From Octopus sinensis (taxonomy: Eukaryota), in contig NC_043002.1 in assembly GCF_006345805.1 (NCBI RefSeq), positions 19,592,001 through 19,656,000 on the forward strand: a stretch of DNA of 64,000 bases, written 5' to 3'. Of this stretch, positions 13,491 to 24,193 are shown piece after piece (position 1 is the first letter of the stretch; each line of letters opens with the position of its first letter). The notes beneath the pieces were generated by a model. It made no database searches and had not been told where the DNA came from. It saw only the letters and a program-made list of their open reading frames with translations. The position numbers were made by a program, and so were the translations under genes.

Positions 13491-14471
13491 TGTATATATA
13501 TATATATATATATGTAAAGATGGATGTATAATGACTGAATTACAATTTCCTCATAGAATTTACTACATGTGCTCGCACACATTATTATTTGAAAGATTTT
13601 GTCCTTCTCTTGTCAAGAACTTGGTTGAGTACATCAAAGAAGTTTTGAGCTAAACATTTTAAGCAACAAATAGCAGTTCTGATATCCAAGGTCACATCAG
13701 ATAGTAGTATAAAAAAAACTTTTCTTGGAATATCTAACTGCAGCCTAAAATCCCTATCTTCACTAAAACTGCATCACAAAGGCATTTTTATTGTTAGTCA
13801 ATAAGACCCCCATTGCATATTTATCTTATAATTGAAGAATGGCATCACTGAATACAAGAGTTTACTGTTTCTGATTGTAAGAATGACAAAAGGGTGTCTG
13901 CCACTCAATACAGAATAAATAACTTAAGGGCTTCATTTGTAAGGATTTTTTTTTTGGTTCGCTTTCTCTCTGACATTTTATCTTTTGCTGACATTCATCA
14001 GTGAAAGATATATCTGCATATCATCATCGTTTAACATCCATTTTCCATGCTGGCATGGGTTGGGCGGTTCGACCGGGGTCTGGGAAGCCAAGAGGCTGCA
14101 CCAGGCTCCAGTCTGATCTGGCAGTGTTTCTACAGCTGGATGCCCTTCCTAACGCCAACCACTCCATGAGTGCAGTGGGTGCTTTTTACATGCCACCGGT
14201 ACAGGTGCCAGGGGAGGTTGGCAACGGCCACGATCAGTTGGTGTTTTTTACGTACCACCGGCATATATATATATAAATTCTGAGTTCCTATTCCTACCTA
14301 CCAAATTCTACTCATAAGCGTTACCCAACAGAGAGTGTAGCCTGGAGATAAGGGTGTTTCACTAGATTGAGTTGCTACTGCTCCACATTGAGAGGTCACA
14401 CCTTTGGTACTACAGACACATGGTTAGAATGCTGCAGAAAAGAATCACAAAATAAATTCTTGAAACCAGGA

Positions 14472-14963
14472 GACCATGACCAAGGTAGTTGGGCACCACA
14501 TGGTGTGGACCACGACCAAGGTAGTTGGGCACCACATGGTGTAGACCACGACCAAGGTAGTTGGGCACCACATGGTGTAGACCACGACCAAGGTAGTTGG
14601 CACCACATGGTGTAGACCACGACCAAGGTAGTTGGGCACCACATGGTGTAGACCACGACCAAGATAGTTGGGCACCACATGGTGTAGACCACGACCAAGG
14701 TAGTTGGGCACCACATGGTGTAGACCACGACCAAGGTAGTTGGGCACCACATGGTGTAGACCACGACCAAGGTAGTTGGGCACCACATGGTGTAGACCAC
14801 GACCAAGGTAGTTGGGCACCACATGGTGTAGACCACGACCAAGATAGTTGGGCACCACATGGTGTAGACCACGACCAAGATAGTTGGGCACCACATGGTG
14901 TAGACCACGACCAAGATAGTTGGGCACCACATGGTGTAGACCACGACCAAGATAGTTGGGCAC
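14472..14963. repeat. 36-bp minisatellite, 13 full units plus one partial, in SELENON intron 7
   Basis: Unit GACCACGACCAAGGTAGTTGGGCACCACATGGTGTA repeated head to tail without spacers. There is a G/A variant at AAG(G/A)T and one 1-nt deletion near 14600. Confidence 0.97.
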
Positions 14964-15883
14964 TACTTAAATACAGAGGGGTTAGGGTTACCTTTCTTTT
15001 ATATCATTACATAGATGCGTGCGTCAGGACCTCCGTATTTAAGAAGTACCATTAGCTGGATAATATCCATAGTCTCGGTTGTGTGTGGGAATCCAGTAAG
15101 AAATTTTAATAATGGTTGCTTCTGATAGGACTCTGTGGAGGAAGTGCCTGATGGCTCAACCTCCACAACCCTCCCAGGGATAGTGGACAGTAAAAACGGA
15201 TGGATGGTAATACTGACAAACACAAGACTACAGTTGAATATAGTTGCCCAAGGTGTTATGCATACAATTGATTTCCAAAACTACTCTTTCCCTGCTATGT
15301 TCTTCAATTTATAGATGTATACTGTAAGTAGGCTCATTTATTCAGGCCACAGTCATCAATTCCACTCCTAGTTCTACAACTTTATTGTAGGGCAGTATCA
15401 CTTTCTTCAACCTTTCTTTTTTCTCTAAGTGGAACTTGAAGAAACAGGGATTGGGTGAAGAGGAGAGTCTGTCCTGAGACCTATTCAAAAAAAAAAAATA
15501 GACACTCATAGTTGTGTAGGTAGGAAGTCTGTTTCATAACCATATGACCTTGGGTGCAATCCCACTGTATAGCACCTCATGAAAGCCTTGGGTCAGCCAA
15601 TACCTTGTGTATGGAATTTGGTAAGTAGAACTATACAGTATTTATGTGGTAGAGGACAGTGTCTGTATTTATGATGTGTCCTTTTATACATCTGTACTTA
15701 GAGATTGATAAATAACAGACAAAATTTAACTACTGAAGTTGATATACTTAAACGAACGAACGAATACTTACAAAATCCATGAAGACAATGCCCTGTCTAA
15801 TGAATGAAATCAGTAAGAAAATAACAGAAATGTAAGTGATTTATTGTACAAACAGTTGATAAAAAAGTTTTAAAATGCCATAC

Positions 15884-16047
15884 CCTGTATTCCAGAAGTC
15901 AGATGGAGCATCAAGGAGATCGTTGGCATTTACTTTATTCAAGATAGTGCCATTGGAGAGAGATACCATCATCATGACAGGAAATTTATAATTCTCAAGG
16001 AACATAGTTGCAACTTTAGCAGCCTCACCTTTGCCTTTCTTCAGATC
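15884..16047 (-). CDS. SELENON: Selenoprotein N, coding exon 7 (DLKKGKGEAAKVATMFLENYKFPVMMMVSLSNGTILNKVNANDLLDAPSDFWNT)
   Basis: Not in the ORF track. Matches SelN [30 protein letters not shown]. Acceptor acttcAG at 16048-16049, donor GG|GTATGG at 15883. 164 nt, phase 0/2. Confidence 0.92.
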
Positions 16048-17287
16048 CTGAAGTCAACAAATAAGAACAAAATAATTTTGATTAATCATCATCGTCATAA
16101 GGTGGATAACCTGTGTAGAGCAGTGGTCTCAATCTAACAAAAACCAGGCCCCATCCAAATTATTAGTGAAATTTCTGTCCCTCTTCCATTTTTGTTAACG
16201 AGAAGACAAAAATTAAACTTGTATCCATATAATTCTCTTTTCTTCACAATGGTAGTGGCTAATTTAAAAAGTTGAAATCCATCTAAAATTTATTAAACAT
16301 GGCAATTTGTCTGCCCAACTTTTCAATCCTCACAGCATCTACCCATCCACATTTCCTTGAGAAACACTGGAGTAGAGCAAAGCTCTATGGTCTGAATAAT
16401 GCGTTTAATCCACTGTCCAAACTTGTATTTCTACTCAGTCTCTTTACTAACAAGTAACTGCCTATTACTGTCTCCCTTTCCTATCAACCTCTCATCCTTA
16501 TCACTTTGTTTCTCCTTTCATACTCTCTCTTCCATTTCCCCTTTTAGTCACATTGCCTTAACCCTTTAACATTCAAATTACTCTGTCAAATGTAATGCTT
16601 ATTTATTCACATTGTTTTGAATTGTCTTATCTTATAGCTTTGAGATTTCTATGATTATTTTTAGAATGACATTGTAGGATAGGTGTGAGAGGCTGGATCC
16701 AGACAGTTTGAACATAAAACAGGAAGAATATATGAGCCTGATATAGTCAGTTTAAATGCTGAAGGGATGAACTCTCAAGTCTTTCAGAGGACAAAGCAAC
16801 TTCTCTAGTGCTGGTGTCATGATAAAAAGCACCCAGTACACTCTATACCAGTGTTTCTCAACCCTTTTACCCTTGCACAACCCATAAAATAAATTATATC
16901 TCAAGAAACCCCTGCACAAGAAAATCTATATACCATATCTAACATTTTTTCATCATAGTTCGTGTGATAAATATCATGTGTATATATATATATATATATA
17001 TATATCATCATCATCATCGTTTAACATCCGCTTTCCATGCTAGCATGGGCTGGACGATTTGACTGAGGTCTGGTGAACCAGATGGCTGCACCAGACTCCA
17101 ATCTGATCTGGCAGAGTTTCTACAGCAGGATGCCCTTCATATATATCATCATCATTATTCCTGCTACAAAGGTAAACATAGAAGTATGGTGATTTTTTTT
17201 TTACTACTAGCTGCAACTTCTGCCCAAAATTAACCTAAAACAAGCTTTCGACAAGCAGAGAAGGAACAGAAATTGGCAACAACTTAC

Positions 17288-17497
17288 CTCAAGATCAACA
17301 ACAAGGCAGGAAGTACTGATAAAGTGTTCCTTAAGGAAAGACATAACGGGCGAACTCTGGAGAGCAGTCTCTCGCAGGGTTCGCCCGGAACCTCAGCAAC
17401 TCTGATCATCTAGTACACCCCATAATATGATGGAGTGAACTAATTTCTGTACAGCCTGGGCCTTTTTAAAGGCTGAAGTAAAGTTGTAATAAGGGAC
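17288..17497 (-). CDS. SELENON: Selenoprotein N, coding exon 6 with in-frame Sec UGA (…[46 protein letters not shown])
   Basis: Homology continues in the same frame past TGA 17393-17395 (known SelN motif [26 protein letters not shown]). Acceptor ttttcAG at 17498-17499, donor GAG|GTAAGT at 17287. 210 nt, phase 0/0. Confidence 0.97.
17348..17386 (-). promoter_or_regulatory. Sec redefinition element (SRE) stem-loop
   Basis: GGGCGAACCCUGCGAGAG-ACUG-CUCUCCAGAGUUCGCCC: 8 bp, a C.A mismatch, 3 bp, a bulged C, 5 bp, then a 4-nt loop. Starts 6 nt after the UGA, as in vertebrate SELENON. Confidence 0.88.
17393..17395 (-). other. Selenocysteine codon (UGA, residue 501)
   Basis: In-frame TGA in the SCUG motif, 105 nt inside an exon, with conserved coding sequence on both sides. 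An SRE and a SECIS are present. Confidence 0.95.
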
Positions 17498-18801
17498 CTG
17501 AAAATATAATTCCGCGTTTAGTAGAAATTCAACATACAGGTACAATACACACAATATACATACAAAAAACACTATACACACACACACACTACACACACAA
17601 AATGGATGGCCATTGCTGGAACACTTTTTGTCATAGGTTTGCATAAGCAGGATTAAAATAGGGGCTAAATAATAATAATAATAAAGAATTTTTTATATGC
17701 TCACCTACATGTACAAACATATGCACACACAACTCAGAATATGTGTATTAACACAGAAACATCCTTTATATTGTGCACAATCATACATCACTTTTTGTAA
17801 TACACACATTGTATTATAATCTATGTCGTTTTTAGCCCAAGTTTATATTGTTTTTTTAGCCAAATTTTGGTTAACAAGAATCAAAAGTATTCCTACTGTA
17901 ACCATTCTATCTTTTTTTATTATGTTTCATTTATCTAATACAAGCTTAAAAACTGCACTTCACGCAGACTTTTAGTCTAACTCCTGCAGAGGGCTAATTG
18001 GGTCTGAGGCCCAAAACTAAAGAGAGCTAAAGAACATGACTATAATACATCTATAATGATTATATGCCCCAGTGGTGTTTGATCAGAAGTTAAGGACAGA
18101 TGAAAATTCAATTCTGGATTGCAATCATTCTATTGTTCCAGGCCCAAGTTGAATTCCAACTATTAGTCAATTTGTCCCAAAGTTTTCATCTTGACATAAA
18201 ATTAACAAAATTAATGTCATTTATCACACTCCTTCATCTCTGGCATCATCTGACAAATGCCAACCAAGAAAGCATGAATCAACCAAGCTTTACCTGCTAG
18301 AAATAGCAATCCAAATGCTTTTAAATCAAATCCTTATACTGGATGTTCAAGAACCAAATGAAGGGCAGATTTTCAATCCAGGGATCATCCTGATTCCAAA
18401 AAGGTATGATATTTCTATACGGAGCAAATGTAGTCTGAGATACAGGTGTCCCAGACAGACAGAATTCCACATTTATATAGATAGACTTTGATATCTTATA
18501 TTTTAAGATGATAGAGTATAATTTAAAGAAAATTTGACTGCTATTTCTATTATGTCGAGTGACTGTACAGAGGTTCTTATTGGTTCATTGGTCAAGCAAG
18601 CATGTAAAAGGCCCCTTCCTTATAATCTGCACAACTGCATTATGTAGGGTATATCATAAAACACTCACACTACATGACATAAATATGCACACACAATGTA
18701 TATAAACATACACATGGTCCGTTGCTTAGCAACAGTTCCAACAAACACACAATGCAAAAAGTCAAACAAAACAAATAAAATATTCTACTAAAGTAACCTA
18801 C

Positions 18802-19040
18802 TTCCTTAAAGGGAAACATTTTGACTTCCATACTTTTCATTGCTTCTTCCATGGAGATTTCTTCCGTCCATGAAATAGATGATATTTCTTGGTTGGTGAC
18901 CGCCTCATCAATACCTTCAAAATCAAGCTGGTTAGCGTGAACAGTAGATCTGCTGAGGGACTTCAGTTCCATTTTGGGTAGAAATCCAATGTTGACTTCC
19001 ATATTGACTTCATCAGCCACATTTGTCAGCCATTCCATGT
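18802..19040 (-). CDS. SELENON: Selenoprotein N, coding exon 5 (DMEWL...NMEVNIGFLPKMEL...ISWTEEISMEEA...MFPFKE)
   Basis: Matches SelN DMEWLY...NMEVDIGYIPQMEL...IKWQQELSWEEA...MYPFKK. Acceptor tttcAG at 19041-19042, donor GTAGGT at 18801. 239 nt, phase 1/0. Confidence 0.96.
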
Positions 19041-20082
19041 CTGAAAGACATACAGAGTTGTAAAACATGAAACGTTTGTATTGTGGGATGTTTTGCATGT
19101 ATGGGTATATAAGTTTGTGAAGGAGAGTATGTGTACATTTGTCTATGTATACATGGTGTGTTTGTGTGTGTGCAAGTATGTATAGGCATGCATGAGCATT
19201 TTTATGTGTGTATGCATGAGTACTTTCTAAATCCTATTGCATTATAAGATGCTGGCTTGAATATACCATCGTTGTCATCTCCATTGTTTTAACATCCACA
19301 TTTTCCATGCTTGCAGGAGTCAGATTTTTCCTATGGCTAGATGCCCTTCCTGTCACCAACTTTGGCTTGTGTCCAGGCAAGATAATACTTCACCAAGGCC
19401 TCACATGTGTTCTTGGAAGATTGGAAATGAAGGACTCTGCTTGAATGATAGTAACTCATAAGTATTCTATGATGTCAAGACAAGAACACACACACACACA
19501 CACATATGCAACAGGTTTCTTTCAGTTTCCATTTACCAAACCCACTCACAGGGTTTTATTGACCCAGCACCATAGTATAAGACACTTTCCATGCTGTGGG
19601 ACTGAATCCAAAACCACAAGGTCAAAAAGCAAACTCTTTATTCATACAGTCTTGAAACATTCTATCTTTCTTCAAGCTATATTCATAGAAGAATTTGAAG
19701 AACCCAGTACTAGGAGCATCTTATCCTTGCATATACTGATAGACTGTCTCAGCTTACAGTTGCTAATGACAGTTAGGTGTGGGGAGATAGCATAGGTGTT
19801 TTGGCTATGGGCACAGTGCAGTACTGGTGACAGGAAAAGAAACTATTTGAACTTTCAGCCAAGAAACCAATTTCCCCTTCAGTCTGGGTACCACTAATTC
19901 AAATGAGCAACACCCCATCAACAGGTTATACATTATTAGGGTTGTATAAATGTAGTTTATTCACACACCAGTCTTCAAATAGCATCATAAACACACAGAT
20001 ACACATACAGACAGACATATGCACACCAGGTATATAAACCACAACACAGCAATACAATATATTTTCACTTATTTCTACTAAC

Positions 20083-20234
20083 CAACATTGAGTTTATTGT
20101 GAGTTGGTACAGCAAGATTGAACTTCAGGAGAGATGTAGCATTTTTGTTGATGATGAGATTGCCAAAGAAATATGCTGGAGTGAACCAAAATGGAAGATT
20201 TGGTCGTTCATTCAGCTGGAACTCTGCATGTATT
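20083..20234 (-). CDS. SELENON: Selenoprotein N, coding exon 4 (RIHAEFQLNERPNLPFWFTPAYFFGNLIINKNATSLLKFNLAVPTHNKLNV)
   Basis: Strong match to SelN RIHAEFQLSEPP.FPFWFSPAQF. Acceptor catacAG at 20235-20236, donor GTTAGT at 20082. 152 nt, phase 2/1. Confidence 0.96.
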
Positions 20235-20332
20235 CTGTATGAATTAAAGATGGAAATGAGAAGAAAGAATATTTTAAATATGTAAACATGAAACTGAATA
20301 CTGAGGTTTTTGATATATACAATATTATACAT

Positions 20333-22010
20333 TCATCATCATCATCATCATCATCGTTTAGCGTCCGCTTTCCATGCTAGCATAGGTTGGACGGTTCAAC
20401 TGGGGTCTGTGAAGCCAGAAGGCTTCATCAGGCCCAGTCAGATCTGGCAGTGTTTCTACGGCTGGATGCCCTTCCTAACGCCAACCACTCCGTGAGTGTA
20501 GTGGGTGCTTTTTACGTGCCAGACAGAGCAGGCAAACGGCCATGAACGGATGGTGCTTTTTATGTGCCACCGGCACGGGGGCCAGGTGAGGCTGGCAACG
20601 GACACGAACGGATGGTGCTTTTTATGTGCCACCGGCACGAGGCCAGTCGGGGCGGCGCTGGCAACGGTTGCAAACGGATGGTTCTCTTACATGTCACCGG
20701 CACTGGTAACACATCTGCAATTTCCATTGATCGGTTTCGATTCTGATCCTCACTTGCCTCAACAGGTCTTCACAAGTAGAGTTTTGTGTCCCAAGAAGGG
20801 AAGGTATGCATATGTAGGCTGCCTCCATCCCATGTAGAAGGCCACAGGTTATGGACTCACTTGTCCTGCCGGGTCTTCTCGCGCACAGCACACTTCCAGA
20901 GGTCTCAGTCATTTCCTCAGTGAGACCTAAAGTTCGAAGGTCGTGCTTCACCACCTCGTCCCAGATTTTCCTGGGTTTGCCTCTTCTTAGGTCCAGCTTT
21001 TCTCTCAAGGTACTTACACTCTGCCGAGTATGAGAACTGACATTACACATCCATCGGAGCATACTGGCTTCATTTCTTGCGAGCTTACGCATATCCTCAG
21101 CAGTCACGGCCCATGTTTCACTGCCATGTAGCATGGCTGTTCGTACACATGCATCATACAGTCTAACTTTTACTCTGAGCGAGAGGCCCTTTGTCACCAG
21201 CAGAGGTAAGAGCTCTCTGAACTTTGCCCAAGCTATTCTTACTCTAGCAGTTACACTTTCAGCACACCCGCCCCCGCTGCTGACTTGGTCACCTAGGTAA
21301 CGGAAACTATCAACTATTTCTAGTTTTTCTCCCTGGAAAGTGACAGAAGTTGGTCTCAGAGCATTTTCAGTGTTTATTGTTCCTCAGCATCTGCCACATA
21401 CAAAAACCATCTTCCTAGTTAGCCTTCCTTTGACATTGCTGCACCTCTTATGTGTCCATAGCTTACACTTGGTGCATCTTATAGAGTTTCTACCTACACC
21501 TTTTCTACAGATCGAGCAGGGCCATCTACCTGAAGGCGTTTGTGATTTGTCTACCTTCCTACTGATTACGACTTTGGTTTTAGCTAGATTGACTCTAAGG
21601 CCCTTCGATTCTAATCCTTGTTTCCACACCTGAAACTTCTCCTCCAGTTCTGATAGCGACTCAGCAATTAGAGCAAGGTCATCAGCATAGAGGAGCTCCC
21701 AAGGGCATCCTGTCTTGAATTCCTCCGTTATTGCCTGGAGGACTATGATAAATAGGAGGGGGCTGAGGACTGAGCCTTGATGGACCCCTACCTCTACCCG
21801 GAATTCTTCACTGTACTCGTTGCCAACCCTTACCTTACTAGCAGCGTCCCTATACATGGCTTGCACAGCTCTCACTAACCATTCATCTATCCCTAGTTTC
21901 CTCATTGACCACCAGATAAGGGATCGAGGGACCCTGTTGAAGGCTTTCTCCATGTCAACAAAAGCCAGGTACAGTGGCTTATCTTTGGCTAGGTATTTCT
22001 CCTGCAGCTG
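20333..22010 (-). mobile_element. 5'-truncated RTE-type LINE (RT to 3' UTR, (GAT)n tail)
   Basis: RT motifs YLAFVDMEKAF, GVHQGSVLSPLLF, LLYADDLAL and the C-terminal RGKPRKIW. 3' UTR has ~55-bp internal repeats and the tail lies at 20333-20356. Confidence 0.92.
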
Positions 22011-22194
22011 CCACGGAGTGGTTGGTGTTAGGAAGAGCATCCAGCTGTAGAAACACTGCTTGATTAGACTGGCACCTGGTGCAGCCTCCTGGCTTCCCAG
22101 ACCCCGGTCAAACCGTCCAACCCATGCTAACATGGAAAACAGACGTTAAACGATGATGATCATCATCATGATCATGTATGTCGTCTGGGGAACT

Positions 22195-22630
22195 AAAAGG
22201 TGAAAGGTGGAAATTTGTCTTATGAAGAAAGGCTGAAGACGCTCGACCTTTATTCTCTAGAAAAACGACAACGTCGTGGTGATCTCATTCTTGCTCACAA
22301 CATCATAAGCGGAAAGTGTAACCTCTCAAAAGAGCTGTTCTTCACTCCTGCTCCAGAGCGTCGGCTGCGGGGTCATTCCGAAAAGCTCTATCTGCAACAA
22401 TTTCATCTCAATCGAAGGAGAGGGGCTTTCTCCATCCAGGTTGCAGATCTGTGGAATAAGCTGCCAGACGAGATGGTGAAGATGCCGACGACCGCTCGGT
22501 TCAAAGTCTCCCTTGACCACAAGTGGCCTGAACTCTTTACATGAACACTACGCTGTACATAACTCCATGTCCCCCTACATGGCCTTGCTTTTTGCTTTTT
22601 GAGCCAAAAAATTAACTAACTAACTAACTT
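22195..22630 (+). mobile_element. CR1/L2-group LINE 3' fragment
   Basis: LSYEERLKTLDLYSLEKRQRRGDLI...RLRGHSEKL...FSIQVADLWNKLP is typical of a CR1 ORF2 C-terminus. Ends in a (CTAA)n tail near 22610-22628. Confidence 0.85.
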
Positions 22631-23255
22631 TAAGTTGCAAATGTAAAGTTTCAGCTCTTTATAAGAATCTAATTGTATATATATTTCTCTGTCTTAGTCA
22701 GTTGTTTCGTATACACACCCATACCTAGCACAGAACAATCTCATGAGAAGATTAGCGCTAGGTATTGCCATAATGACTAGTAATGATGGGAAACATGACA
22801 TCTTGTTCCCATATACTGTTACTTCAATATCCATGTGTACATGGCATTTACCGTCACTTTTTATACAATCTTGATTATGATTTGCATAATCACAGTGATT
22901 ATAAATACTCTGAAAACATGTAATTGTCATGGGAACGTCTGAGTATCAGACAGTCCATCTAAGCTCTGATCCAAGCAGACTTGATGGGCAGGTGTCTTGA
23001 TGTTAAATCCAAGACACTCCTGTTGATGGTTCTAGAGTAGACAGGAAATACTGAGAGTTTTGGTGAGAAAAGGTAGTTTATAATATCAACCCAAGTACAT
23101 GAGTGGTACTTATTTCAATAACCCTGAAAGAATGAAATGCAAAATCAGCCTCGGCTAAATTTGAATTCAGTATGTGAAAGGCTCTAACTAAATACTATAA
23201 GATGTTCTAAAGGGCTATAACTAAATACTAAGGCACTTTGTCACATGTTCTAAAA

Positions 23256-24193
23256 CAGCATTTCTTAAACTTTTTCATTCATGACCCCATTTTTCATCAC
23301 AAGATTTTTCACAACCCTAGGTATTAAATATGCATTTGTGAAATCTATGATATAAATTGAACATGGGCGATCGTTATATTCTGTCTTGTCTTCAGGTTCA
23401 CAGCAAAACGGCTGGGTGGATTCGCATGAAAAATGGCACACATGTGGCGACAGGTGCATAGACTGGAATGCGGTTTGTATTTTTTTCCTAGCCCCCATAA
23501 TTACAGAGAAAATCGACTAAAACTTTTTCTAATGGAATTCCCGTTTGTTCGACCATTAAAACAGCCAGTTGCTCATACAGCCAGCATATACCATTTCGCT
23601 AGCAGCAAGGGGAGTACAGGATGACAGTCAGCTAAAAATTTCACTATGCTGTCTCTCTTCTTTCACCTCTTTGTGAGGTTAATAATCTTAATCTTTAGTT
23701 ACAGTTTCTCATTAAAACTACATAATAGGCAGAATTGTCGGATTAAGACAGTAGGGTGTTTTGAGGGAGATTTGGCTGCTATTTCTACCAGATCTAGCTA
23801 CCATGTAGAGGTCTGAACTTAATTTTCATTCACATATTTGCATTTCAAAAATTTAATATAATCTTTTCCATCAATCAACTATTGTAAAAATTTTACATGA
23901 TGACCTCACATTTTCTATGTATGTGTGTGTACCTTAAAAGACGTCAATCATCATGACACATACCTTCACTCACTCTATCTCTCTTTCTCACCCTCTTTCT
24001 CTCTCACATACACAAGCACAAGCATGCACACATGCACACATACATGTCCATCCAAACAGACCGGGTGAAACTGGGCTTAGCTGCTAGTAACATATAAACT
24101 GAAATTCAAGTGTTTGAATTTAATCTTCGTGACACCAGCATTTCACTTCGCGACCCCCAAATTGGGTCGTGACCCATAGTTTAAAAAGCACTG
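23256..24193. mobile_element. Non-autonomous hAT (Charlie-like) element
   Basis: Imperfect TIRs CAGCATTTCTTAAACT / AGTTTAAAAAGCACTG and an exact 8-bp TSD TTCTAAAA (23248-23255, 24194-24201). Confidence 0.85.

Noticed and set aside
14472-14963. CRISPR-like array or repeat-protein ORFs (HDQGSWAPHGVD)n
   Set aside because: Units are contiguous with no unique spacers, there are no cas genes and the context is eukaryotic. The ORFs are open only because the 36-bp unit lacks stops, and no splice signals link them to a gene.
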